Under the pieces are notes generated by a model. It saw only the letters and a program-made list of their open reading frames with translations. It was not told the origin of the DNA and searched no databases. The translations under genes were made by a program, and so were the position numbers. Shown piece by piece: positions 20,143 to 27,675 of a DNA stretch of 33,162 nucleotides. Source of the stretch: Hyphomicrobiales bacterium (GTDB lineage Bacteria; Pseudomonadota; Alphaproteobacteria; Rhizobiales; TMED25); contig JADHLM010000002.1 in NCBI GenBank assembly GCA_016780665.1, forward strand, positions 1-33,162. The letters run 5' to 3'. Each line of letters opens with the position of its first letter. Position 1 is the stretch's first letter.

Positions 20143-20991
20143 ATGCCTGAATTACCTGAAGTTGAAATTATCAAGAATAACTTATCCGAATATATGATCG
20201 GTAATGAGTTTATTTCAATTGAAATAAATACAAGCAAACTAAGATATAAAATACCACATAATTTCGATGAAACTATTAAAAATTCAAAAGTAATTAAAAT
20301 TGAACGTATTGCAAAGTATATTATAATTTATCTAAACAATGAGTTTAAGATATTAGTTCACCTTGGTATGACGGGAAACTTTCTTATTTCCACTCAAAAA
20401 ATACACTTTTTAGGGAATGGATCAGATAAACATATCCATCTAAAATTTTTCATGAAAAATGATGTCATAATAAACTACCATGACATCAGAAAATTTGGTT
20501 TCTTTAAAATAATATATCCTGATAACTTAGTTTTAGATAATCTAAAGAAGAATGTTGGTATTGATGCATTAAGTAGTAAATTTAATACGAAGTATTTAAT
20601 AAATAAATTAAAAAATAGAACAGGAAATATAAAGACCTCTTTGCTAAATCAAAGTATTGTTGGAGGGATTGGAAATATCTATGCTTCAGAAGCACTATTC
20701 AGAGCAAAAATATCTCCACTCACAATTTCAAAAAACTTAGCTAACGATAAAAAGAAAATCACAAAGCTAATTTCAGCAATCAAATATATTTTAACTGATG
20801 CAATTAATGTTGGTGGCTCTACTATTAAAAATCATAAAAATATAAAAGGAGAAAGTGGCTATTTTCAATACAAATTTAATGTATATAATAGGGAACAAAT
20901 AAAATGTAAGAGATTGGGATGTAATTCTCTAATTTTAAAGATCAATCAGTCTGGCAGATCCACCTTTTATTGCAAATCCTGCCAAAAATGA
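20143..20991 (+). CDS. mutM: Formamidopyrimidine-DNA glycosylase
   Basis: The start is fixed at 'MPELPEVE', because the catalytic Pro must be residue 2 after Met removal. 'LLNQSIVGGIGNIYASEALFRA' (H2TH) and a C-terminal Cys4 zinc finger are present. The listed ORF from 20077 is an upstream extension. Confidence 0.9.
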   Translation: MPELPEVEIIKNNLSEYMIGNEFISIEINTSKLRYKIPHNFDETIKNSKVIKIERIAKYIIIYLNNEFKILVHLGMTGNFLISTQKIHFLGNGSDKHIHLKFFMKNDVIINYHDIRKFGFFKIIYPDNLVLDNLKKNVGIDALSSKFNTKYLINKLKNRTGNIKTSLLNQSIVGGIGNIYASEALFRAKISPLTISKNLANDKKKITKLISAIKYILTDAINVGGSTIKNHKNIKGESGYFQYKFNVYNREQIKCKRLGCNSLILKINQSGRSTFYCKSCQK

Positions 20992-20997
20992 AAAATA

Positions 20998-21753
20998 ATG
21001 AATATCAAAAATATAATAGTAAGCGAAATTAATACCAATATTCAGTTAATCGAGCTTAATAGACCAAAACAATACAACGCATTGAATAAAGAATTATCTG
21101 ATGAGTTGGTCTTTATTTTAGAGCAAGCAGATAAAAATCCTAAAATAAAATGTATAATATTAACTGGAAAAGAAATTTTTTCTGCTGGTGCTGATGTTAA
21201 TGAATTAGTAACTGATCCAAAATATACAGAAGTTTGGGAAAAAATTGATAAAGTAAAAAAACCTATATTAGCAGCGGTACATGGGATTGCATTTGGAGGT
21301 GGTTGTGAGCTATTAATGATGTGTGATATCATAATTTCCAGCGAAGATACAAAATTTTCTCAGCCAGAAATCAATTTAGGTATCACATGTGGAGGCGGAG
21401 CAACACAGAGATTACCCCGAATTATTGGAAGAAATAACGCAATGGAGATTTGCCTAACTGGAAGAATTTTCTCAGCTCAAGAGGCAAAAGAACTTGGCCT
21501 TGTAAATAGAATTACTCATAAAGATAATTTAATGAAGTTGACTAAAAATATTGCACGAGATATTACAAAAAAACCCCTGGACTCCATTATTGCAACTAAA
21601 AAATTAATTAAAATGAGCAATCTGGTCAGTATTGGTGATGGACTAAGTTATGAAAAGAAACTTTTTTACGATTTAGTTAACTCCGAAGATGGTAAAGAAG
21701 GTTTAAGAGCATTCGTAGAGAAAAGGAAACCTAATTTTAAAATTATTAAATAA
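20998..21753 (+). CDS. Enoyl-CoA hydratase/isomerase family protein (crotonase fold)
   Basis: Contains 'FSAGADVNEL', 'AAVHGIAFGGGCELLMMCDIIISSEDTKFSQPEINLG' and 'EGLRAFVEKRKPNF'. Substrate specificity cannot be called. Confidence 0.85.
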   Translation: MNIKNIIVSEINTNIQLIELNRPKQYNALNKELSDELVFILEQADKNPKIKCIILTGKEIFSAGADVNELVTDPKYTEVWEKIDKVKKPILAAVHGIAFGGGCELLMMCDIIISSEDTKFSQPEINLGITCGGGATQRLPRIIGRNNAMEICLTGRIFSAQEAKELGLVNRITHKDNLMKLTKNIARDITKKPLDSIIATKKLIKMSNLVSIGDGLSYEKKLFYDLVNSEDGKEGLRAFVEKRKPNFKIIK

Positions 21754-21758
21754 TTGAG

Positions 21759-21787
21759 TTGACTGAGTACCATTGTATCTCTATATA
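21759..21787 (+). promoter_or_regulatory. Candidate sigma-70 promoter for rpsT
   Basis: TTGACT (21759-21764), a 17-nt spacer, then TATATA (21782-21787), about 38 nt upstream of the rpsT ATG. -10-like words are common in this AT-rich DNA. Confidence 0.4.
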
Positions 21788-21825
21788 CTCTATATATTCA
21801 TTATTATTGAACAGGAAAATAATAA

Positions 21826-22086
21826 ATGGCAAATACAAAATCTGCAAAAAAAATGGTACGTAAAATCGAACGTCGTACTCTAATTAATAAAATGCGCAGA
21901 AGTATGGTTAGAACATCTGTTAAGAAAGCTGAGGCATTAATTGAATCGGGTGACAAAGAAAATGCAAGGGTTGCATTAGTTGCCGCAGAAAGACAATTAA
22001 TGAGAGGTGCTCAAAAGGGTGCCTTTAACAAAAAGATGGCATCTCGTAAAATCTCCCGTCTTAACAAAAAACTTGTAAACGCATAA
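21826..22086 (+). CDS. rpsT: 30S ribosomal protein S20
   Basis: N-terminus '[17 protein letters not shown]'. The protein is 86 aa, highly basic and predicted helical. Confidence 0.93.
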   Translation: MANTKSAKKMVRKIERRTLINKMRRSMVRTSVKKAEALIESGDKENARVALVAAERQLMRGAQKGAFNKKMASRKISRLNKKLVNA

Positions 22087-22125
22087 TTCAATCAAATATA
22101 GACATTTATAGCCTTGAAAATTAAC

Positions 22126-22187
22126 GGTTGATAGTGCTATCATCCTTGATTTTAATATACTGAAACCACGTATATTAAAATTTTGTT
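22126..22187 (+). terminator. Candidate tandem terminator hairpins after rpsT
   Basis: Hairpin 1 is GGTTGATAG-TG-CTATCATCC (22126-22145), with one mismatch and a tight loop, followed by TTGATTTT. Hairpin 2 is the perfect 12-bp inverted repeat at 22149-22181, followed by TTTGTT. The stems are AT-rich, so stability is modest. Confidence 0.35.
22149..22181. repeat. Perfect 12-bp inverted repeat ATTTTAATATAC-N9-GTATATTAAAAT
   Basis: Read directly. The left arm is 22149-22160, the spacer TGAAACCAC is 22161-22169, and the right arm is 22170-22181. Confidence 0.9.
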
Positions 22188-22421
22188 ACATATTAATTTT
22201 TTATATAAAAAAATTGTATGAATTCAATGGGTTATATAAAATTTGTTAAAAAACAACTTATCTCCACTACTAATTGGACTAATTTTATTTACAAAAAGTT
22301 AATTCTTTTTCTGATACATGATCGAATACAATGTAATCAATGATTATAAATTTATTATTATTCTTCAGTTAGTTGTCAGCATAAATATATATTTGTTGAT
22401 AAGTTCTTTTATTATCCATTT

Positions 22422-22443
22422 ATTATTCAGTATGCTGAATAAT
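22422..22443. repeat. Perfect 9-bp inverted repeat ATTATTCAG-TATG-CTGAATAAT (operator-like palindrome)
   Basis: Read directly. It lies about 100 bp upstream of the rhodanese ATG and 1 nt after a TTATCCATT word. Confidence 0.9.
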
Positions 22444-22541
22444 TAAAAATTACCTTTTAAAGCATGTCTAATTTGCCTATATTAAAATTGCATTTGGATA
22501 TTGTTTTTTAAAAAAACATATTCTTTTGGGGATTAAATCAT

Positions 22542-22997
22542 ATGCAAATTGAAATACTAAATAATAATACACCATACGCAGGCGATATTTCTCCCAAGAC
22601 AGCCTGGGATATTCTTTCAAACGAAACCCAATCAATATTAGTAGATGTAAGAACCAAAGCAGAATTAAATTTTGTTGGGTTTCCAGATCTCTCTATAATT
22701 AATAAATCCGCTCAAAATATTGAACAACAATTTTTTCCTGGTGGAATTATCAATGATGATTTTGTTAAAACACTTGAAAACAATCTTAATGAGATGAATT
22801 TGAGCAAAGATACACCAATACTATTCTTGTGTCGCTCTGGTGCAAGAAGTGCTAAAGCTGCAACAATGATGGCCTCTAATGGCTGGACTAGGTGTTTCAA
22901 TATTGCCTATGGTTTCGAGGGTGACCCAAATGAAAAACATCACCGCGCATATACTAACGGATGGAAATTTGAAGGGTTACCATGGATTCAATTATAA
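22542..22997 (+). CDS. Single-domain rhodanese-like sulfurtransferase
   Basis: Contains 'ILVDVRTKAELNFVGFP', the active-site loop 'LFLCRSGARSAKAA', and 'GWKFEGLPW'. GGGGA lies about 10 nt upstream of the ATG. Length is 151 aa. Confidence 0.85.
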   Translation: MQIEILNNNTPYAGDISPKTAWDILSNETQSILVDVRTKAELNFVGFPDLSIINKSAQNIEQQFFPGGIINDDFVKTLENNLNEMNLSKDTPILFLCRSGARSAKAATMMASNGWTRCFNIAYGFEGDPNEKHHRAYTNGWKFEGLPWIQL

Positions 22998-24412
22998 GCA
23001 ATACAAAAAAACAAAACATCCATGATTGTTGGCAAAAAATAAGTAAAATATTGCGCGCTCAACTCGGCGAAGACCTTTATAATAGTTGGTTTACAAGGTT
23101 AGAACCTCAGAGTCTGGAAAATGGAACTCTAACTCTTACTGTTCCAACGTTATTTCTTAAAAGTTGGATAAAATCACGGTACAACGATAAAATATTATTA
23201 CTATGGAAAAAAGAAATACCGGATATTAGACAAATAGAGCTCAGAGTAAGAGCTCATGGAGAAAAATTAAGCAGTAATCAAGATCTTAAAAATGGAGAAA
23301 CTTCCTCAGAGAATTCTATGATTTCAAATCTGTATGAAAGTCAAGAAAATCCAACTCTAACAAGTAACAGTACTCCTCTAGATAAAAGGTATACCTTCAA
23401 TAATTTTGTAGTAGGAAGATCAAATGCCTTGGCTCAAGCTGCTGCAATGAGAGTTTCACAGCCTCAAAAAAATATCCCTGTTGAGTTCAATCCACTATAT
23501 ATACATGGGCCTGTTGGTACAGGGAAAACACATCTTTTGAATGCAATTGCATGGGAGTCAAAAGCAAGACATCCTGAAAGAAAAATATTATTTTTGTCAG
23601 CTGTGAGATTTATGAGCTCATTTGTTGAGGCTGTAAAATCAAAAGATACTATAAGCTTTAAAAAAATATTCTCTGATGTTGATCTATTACTAATAGATGA
23701 TATGCAGTTTCTTCAAGGGAAGTCAGTTCAACAAGAATTTTGTCATATATTTAATGCATTAGATACATCAAAGCATCAAATTGTTATTGCGGGTGACTCA
23801 GCTCCATCAAAATTAGAGATGCTTGATGATAGAATGAAATCACGATTATCAGGCGGTCTTGTTGCGCAAATTGGACCAACAGATTTTGATATAAGAAGAG
23901 GAATACTAGAAAAGAAATTAGCTCAAACACTAAGAGGTAACACCAGAATAGAAATTTCTCCATCTGTTTTAGATTTTCTTGCAAGAAGAATTCAAAGCTC
24001 AGGGCGTGAATTAGAAGGGGCAATGAATAGAATTATTGCTGCACATAGTTTAAATAAAAGACCCATTACAGTAGAAGAAGCTGCATTTTCAATTCAGGAT
24101 TTAATCAGTGAAGAACAAAATAGACAAATAATGATAGAAGATGTTCTCAGAACAATTAGTGGTCATTTTAATGTTACAAAACAAGATATATTATCTTCTA
24201 GAAGGCATAAGACAATAGTATATCCGAGGCAAATTGGAATGTATTTAGCAAAAGTTTTAACCACAAGATCACTTCCTGAAATAGGTAGAAAATTTGGCGG
24301 CAGAGATCATACAACTGTTCTTCATGCTGTTCGAAAAATCGAAAAGTTAATTCAAACTAATCCAAGTATTAAAGAGTCAATAACAACATTAGAAAATTCC
24401 CTAAAAGAATAA
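22982..24412 (+). CDS. dnaA: Chromosomal replication initiator protein DnaA
   Basis: The N-terminus has 'CWQKISKILRAQLGEDLYNSWF'. Walker A is 'IHGPVGTGKTHLLNA' and Walker B is 'LLLIDDMQFL'. Domain IV has 'PRQIGMYLAK...GGRDHTTVLHAVRKI'. ATG 22982 is the only plausible start, because an in-frame TGA lies at 22970. Confidence 0.97.
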   Translation: MDSIISNTKKQNIHDCWQKISKILRAQLGEDLYNSWFTRLEPQSLENGTLTLTVPTLFLKSWIKSRYNDKILLLWKKEIPDIRQIELRVRAHGEKLSSNQDLKNGETSSENSMISNLYESQENPTLTSNSTPLDKRYTFNNFVVGRSNALAQAAAMRVSQPQKNIPVEFNPLYIHGPVGTGKTHLLNAIAWESKARHPERKILFLSAVRFMSSFVEAVKSKDTISFKKIFSDVDLLLIDDMQFLQGKSVQQEFCHIFNALDTSKHQIVIAGDSAPSKLEMLDDRMKSRLSGGLVAQIGPTDFDIRRGILEKKLAQTLRGNTRIEISPSVLDFLARRIQSSGRELEGAMNRIIAAHSLNKRPITVEEAAFSIQDLISEEQNRQIMIEDVLRTISGHFNVTKQDILSSRRHKTIVYPRQIGMYLAKVLTTRSLPEIGRKFGGRDHTTVLHAVRKIEKLIQTNPSIKESITTLENSLKE

Positions 24413-24505
24413 AAAATTTTTTCTGTCAATTATTTCAATAATTATTGGTATAAATAAGAATAATTAAATATCCTATAAGCATAATAATTGATAAATTCGT
24501 AAATT

Positions 24506-25636
24506 ATGGAAGTCACACTTCAGAAAAATAAATTGCTTCGAGCACTTAATCACGTTCAAAATGTTGTAGAACGTAGAAATACTATACCTATTTTAGCAAA
24601 TATCCTCATAGTTGCAGAAGGATTAGGTTTAAAATTAATTGCAACAGATCTTGACATTGAGCTAATAGAAGAAGTTGAAGCCAAAATTGATAGTGGAGGA
24701 AGTCTTACTGCTCCAGCACACTTATTGTACGAAATTACAAGAAAATTACCTGAGGCAGCTGAAATAGTAATTTCCAAGGATGATAACCAGGATCACTTAA
24801 CTGTTAAATCTGGTAAATCAAACTTTAAACTACAAACATTACCACGTGCTGATTTCCCTGAAATATCAAATGATGAATATACGCATTCATTCAAATTAGT
24901 TAGTTCTGAACTCAACAGATTAATTGAAAAAACAAGATTTGCAATATCTAATGAAGAAACTCGTTATTATCTAAATGGAATATTTTTTCATGAGTCAAAT
25001 TCAGAAAACGATAATAATGGAATACCTACATTAAGAACAGTGTCAACCGATGGGCACAGACTCGCACAAGCTGAACTTACTTTACCAGAAGGTGCATCAG
25101 GAATGAATGGGATTATTATTCCAAGAAAAGCAATTTTTGAAATTCAGAAACTAACACAAGAAAATGAAGGTGATGTAGAAATTAAAGTTTCTGAGAATAA
25201 AGTAAAACTTATTTTCAATAATGTAGAGCTGACGTCAAAAGTGATTGATGGAAAATTCCCTGATTATCAGCGTGTAATTCCCTATAACAATGATAAAATA
25301 ATGATAGTTAACACAGATCTTATAACAAAAGCGGTTGATAGGGTCGCCACACTGTCTAGCGAAAGAGGTAAGGCAGTAAAATTAGTGCTATCGGATAATA
25401 ATCTGATATTATCTGTTACTAGTCCAGAAGCTGGTACGGCAATAGAAGAAATTAGTGTCGATTTTAAAGGTGAACCATTTGAAATTGGATTTAATTCAAA
25501 ATATCTAATGGATATATTGTCCCAACTTAGTGGTGACAGCGTAAAACTTAATTTCTCTGAACCTAATTCCCCTTGTCTAGTTCTTGATCCATCTGATGAA
25601 GCAACTCTTTATGTATTAATGCCAATGCGCGTTTAA
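24506..25636 (+). CDS. dnaN: DNA polymerase III beta sliding clamp
   Basis: Contains 'LNHVQNVVERRNTIPILANILI', 'TDGHRLA' and 'FPDYQRVIP', with the C-terminal 'YVLMPMRV'. Length is 376 aa. Confidence 0.95.
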   Translation: MEVTLQKNKLLRALNHVQNVVERRNTIPILANILIVAEGLGLKLIATDLDIELIEEVEAKIDSGGSLTAPAHLLYEITRKLPEAAEIVISKDDNQDHLTVKSGKSNFKLQTLPRADFPEISNDEYTHSFKLVSSELNRLIEKTRFAISNEETRYYLNGIFFHESNSENDNNGIPTLRTVSTDGHRLAQAELTLPEGASGMNGIIIPRKAIFEIQKLTQENEGDVEIKVSENKVKLIFNNVELTSKVIDGKFPDYQRVIPYNNDKIMIVNTDLITKAVDRVATLSSERGKAVKLVLSDNNLILSVTSPEAGTAIEEISVDFKGEPFEIGFNSKYLMDILSQLSGDSVKLNFSEPNSPCLVLDPSDEATLYVLMPMRV

Positions 25637-25666
25637 TAAATATTTCAAAAAAAAATAACCTATTAA

Positions 25667-25694
25667 CTTGTAGGAATAAATTTTAGCCCTATAT
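25667..25694 (+). promoter_or_regulatory. Candidate sigma-32 (RpoH) heat-shock promoter for dnaK-dnaJ
   Basis: CTTG (25667-25670), 17 nt, then CCTATAT (25688-25694). This fits the alphaproteobacterial heat-shock promoter consensus CTTG-N17/18-CYTATNT as I recall it. It also resembles the E. coli sigma-32 form (CTTGtag-N13-CCCtATAT). The leader to the ATG is about 50 nt, with TAAGGAG at 25731-25737. Confidence 0.6.
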
Positions 25695-25743
25695 ATCAAG
25701 ATAAGGGATATTTAAAAATACATTGCTAAATAAGGAGTAAAAA

Positions 25744-27645
25744 ATGGCTAAGATAATAGGCATTGATTTAGGAACGACGAATTCATGTGTTGCTGTGATG
25801 GATGGAAAGGATCCTAAAGTAATAGAAAATTCAGAAGGTGTTAGAACCACACCCTCAATGGTTGCTTTTGGTGAAGACTCAGAGAGAATCACAGGACTAC
25901 CTGCCAAAAGACAAGCAGTAACCAATCCTGAAAATACTCTGTTCGCTGTAAAAAGGTTAATGGGACGTAGGTTTGATGATCCTATGGTAAAAAAAGATAA
26001 AGATCTTGTTCCATTTAATATTGTTAAGGCCGGAAATGGAGATGCTTGGGTAGAAGCTAGATCTGAAAAATATTCGCCCTCACAAATTTCAGCTTTCATA
26101 CTCCAAAAAATGAAAGAAACTGCTGAAAGTTACCTCGGTGAAAACGTAACACAAGCAGTAATTACAGTACCTGCTTACTTTAATGATGCTCAAAGACAAG
26201 CTACAAAAGATGCAGGAAAAATTGCAGGCTTAGAGGTTTTAAGAATAATAAATGAACCTACTGCTGCAGCCCTCGCATATGGCTTAGACAGAAAAGATGG
26301 TCAGACAATTGCGGTTTACGATCTAGGTGGTGGTACTTTCGATATTTCAATTTTAGAAATCGGTGATGGTGTATTTGAAGTTAAATCAACAAATGGTGAT
26401 ACATTCCTCGGTGGCGAAGATTTTGATGCAAGACTTGTTAATTACCTAGCTGAGGAATTTAAGAAGGATCAAGGTGTTGATCTATTGAAAGATAAACTAG
26501 CTTTGCAGAGATTAAAAGAAGCTGCTGAAAAAGCAAAGATTGAATTATCCTCAACAACGCAGACAGAAATAAATCTGCCTTTTATAACTGCAGATCAATC
26601 AGGACCTAAACATCTAAACATCAAACTAACAAGAGCAAAATTCGAGACTCTTGTTGCTGATCTTATCGATAAGACTATAACTCCTTGTGAAAAGGCCTTA
26701 AAAGATGCAGGACTAAAAGCTGGTGAGATAGATGAAGTCGTAATGGTAGGTGGTATGTCACGTATGCCAAAGGTTCTGGAAAAAGTTCAAAATTTCTTTG
26801 GTAAGGAACCTCATAGAGGTGTAAACCCTGACGAAGTTGTTGCAATTGGCGCCGCAATACAAGCAGGTGTTCTTCAAGGTGATGTAAAAGATGTTTTGTT
26901 GCTTGATGTGACACCATTATCCCTTGGTATAGAAACCTTAGGTGGTGTTTTCACGAGATTAATTGATAGAAATACCACAATTCCTACAAAAAAAAGTCAG
27001 ACTTTCTCAACAGCTGAAGACAATCAATCGGCTGTTACAATTAGAGTTTTTCAAGGGGAGAGAGAGATGGCTGCAGATAATAAACTTTTGGGTAATTTTG
27101 ATCTTGTCGGCATTATCCCTGCACCAAGAGGAATCCCTCAAATAGAAGTGACTTTTGATATCGACGCTAACGGTATTGTAAATGTTAAAGCTCTGGATAA
27201 AGCAACAAATAAAGAACAATCTATAAAAATCCAAGCTTCAGGTGGTTTATCTGATGAAGATATTGAAAAGATGGTAAAAGATGCAGAAGCACATGCAGAA
27301 GAAGATAAGGCAAAAAAAGAATTAATTGAAACAAAAAATCAAGCCGAATCACTAATACATGGAACAGAAAAGAGTCTTAAAGAAAATGGTGATAAAGTTA
27401 GCAATGATGATAAAAAATCAATTGAAGATGCTATTGAACAACTAAAATCATCGTTTGAAAGTGATGACACATCAAAAATTGCTAAAGATCTTGAAGCCTT
27501 AACACAAGAAGCAATGAAATTAGGTGAGGCCATTTATAAAGCACAACAAAGTGACGGTGACAATGGCCCAAGTCAATCAGATAATGATGATGATACAATT
27601 GTTGATGCTGACTATGAAGAGGTTGATGAAGAAAAAAAATCTTAG
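25744..27645 (+). CDS. dnaK: Molecular chaperone DnaK (Hsp70)
   Basis: Contains '[16 protein letters not shown]', '[14 protein letters not shown]' and '[12 protein letters not shown]'. The C-terminus is acidic. Length is 633 aa. Confidence 0.98.
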   Translation: MAKIIGIDLGTTNSCVAVMDGKDPKVIENSEGVRTTPSMVAFGEDSERITGLPAKRQAVTNPENTLFAVKRLMGRRFDDPMVKKDKDLVPFNIVKAGNGDAWVEARSEKYSPSQISAFILQKMKETAESYLGENVTQAVITVPAYFNDAQRQATKDAGKIAGLEVLRIINEPTAAALAYGLDRKDGQTIAVYDLGGGTFDISILEIGDGVFEVKSTNGDTFLGGEDFDARLVNYLAEEFKKDQGVDLLKDKLALQRLKEAAEKAKIELSSTTQTEINLPFITADQSGPKHLNIKLTRAKFETLVADLIDKTITPCEKALKDAGLKAGEIDEVVMVGGMSRMPKVLEKVQNFFGKEPHRGVNPDEVVAIGAAIQAGVLQGDVKDVLLLDVTPLSLGIETLGGVFTRLIDRNTTIPTKKSQTFSTAEDNQSAVTIRVFQGEREMAADNKLLGNFDLVGIIPAPRGIPQIEVTFDIDANGIVNVKALDKATNKEQSIKIQASGGLSDEDIEKMVKDAEAHAEEDKAKKELIETKNQAESLIHGTEKSLKENGDKVSNDDKKSIEDAIEQLKSSFESDDTSKIAKDLEALTQEAMKLGEAIYKAQQSDGDNGPSQSDNDDDTIVDADYEEVDEEKKS

Positions 27646-27675
27646 AAACCCTTTTATTTTTGGAGACATACTAAT

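Noticed and set aside
22175-22189. A CtrA-like half-match, TTAA-N7-TTAC, in the long spacer.
   Set aside because: It is an imperfect match to TTAA-N7-TTAA. TTAA words are very frequent at this base composition. I cannot tell whether this organism has CtrA at all.
22218-22343. A 41-codon ORF (MNSMGYIKFVKKQLISTTNWTNFIYKKLILFLIHDRIQCNQ) inside the 455-bp spacer.
   Set aside because: It has no Shine-Dalgarno-like sequence. With about 8% stop-codon frequency, an open run of 41 codons is expected somewhere in six frames of 455 bp. Its composition simply mirrors AT-rich DNA. Ribo-seq or conservation of the frame in relatives could revive it.
22456-22472. An ICE-like (Irr box) word, TTTAAAG-CAT-GTCTAAT, compared with TTTAGAA-N3-TTCTAAA.
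   Set aside because: Only 10 of 14 positions match, the word is not itself palindromic, and it is easily produced by chance in AT-rich sequence.
22171-22489. A 12-nt direct repeat, TATATTAAAATT, at 22171-22182 and 22478-22489.
   Set aside because: By a rough composition-based estimate, about 0.3 such coincidences are expected among all 12-mer pairs in a 455-bp AT-rich stretch. That is not significant on its own.
22087-22541. Calling the spacer oriC outright, or as a structured ncRNA or riboswitch.
   Set aside because: Alphaproteobacterial origins are typically next to hemE rather than dnaA. The DnaA-box matches are at chance level, and I cannot compute skew without the genome. The region is too AT-rich and lacks the GC-rich conserved cores of RNase P, SRP, tmRNA, 6S or known riboswitch classes. 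I keep it as an open hypothesis in the findings rather than as a feature call.
24446-24454. An extended -10-like TGGTATAAA in the dnaA-dnaN spacer, considered as a dnaN promoter.
   Set aside because: There is no acceptable -35 at 16-19 nt (best is TCAATT). -10-like words are ubiquitous here. It is not supportable without transcription-start data.
25689-26099. A 136-aa minus-strand ORF antisense to the 5' end of dnaK. Further antisense ORFs in dnaK lie at 26675-26917, 27007-27234 and 27339-27533.
   Set aside because: Open antisense frames opposite hsp70/dnaK are a long-noted artefact of its codon usage. The translation has no recognisable domain, and it overlaps the dnaK promoter and RBS.
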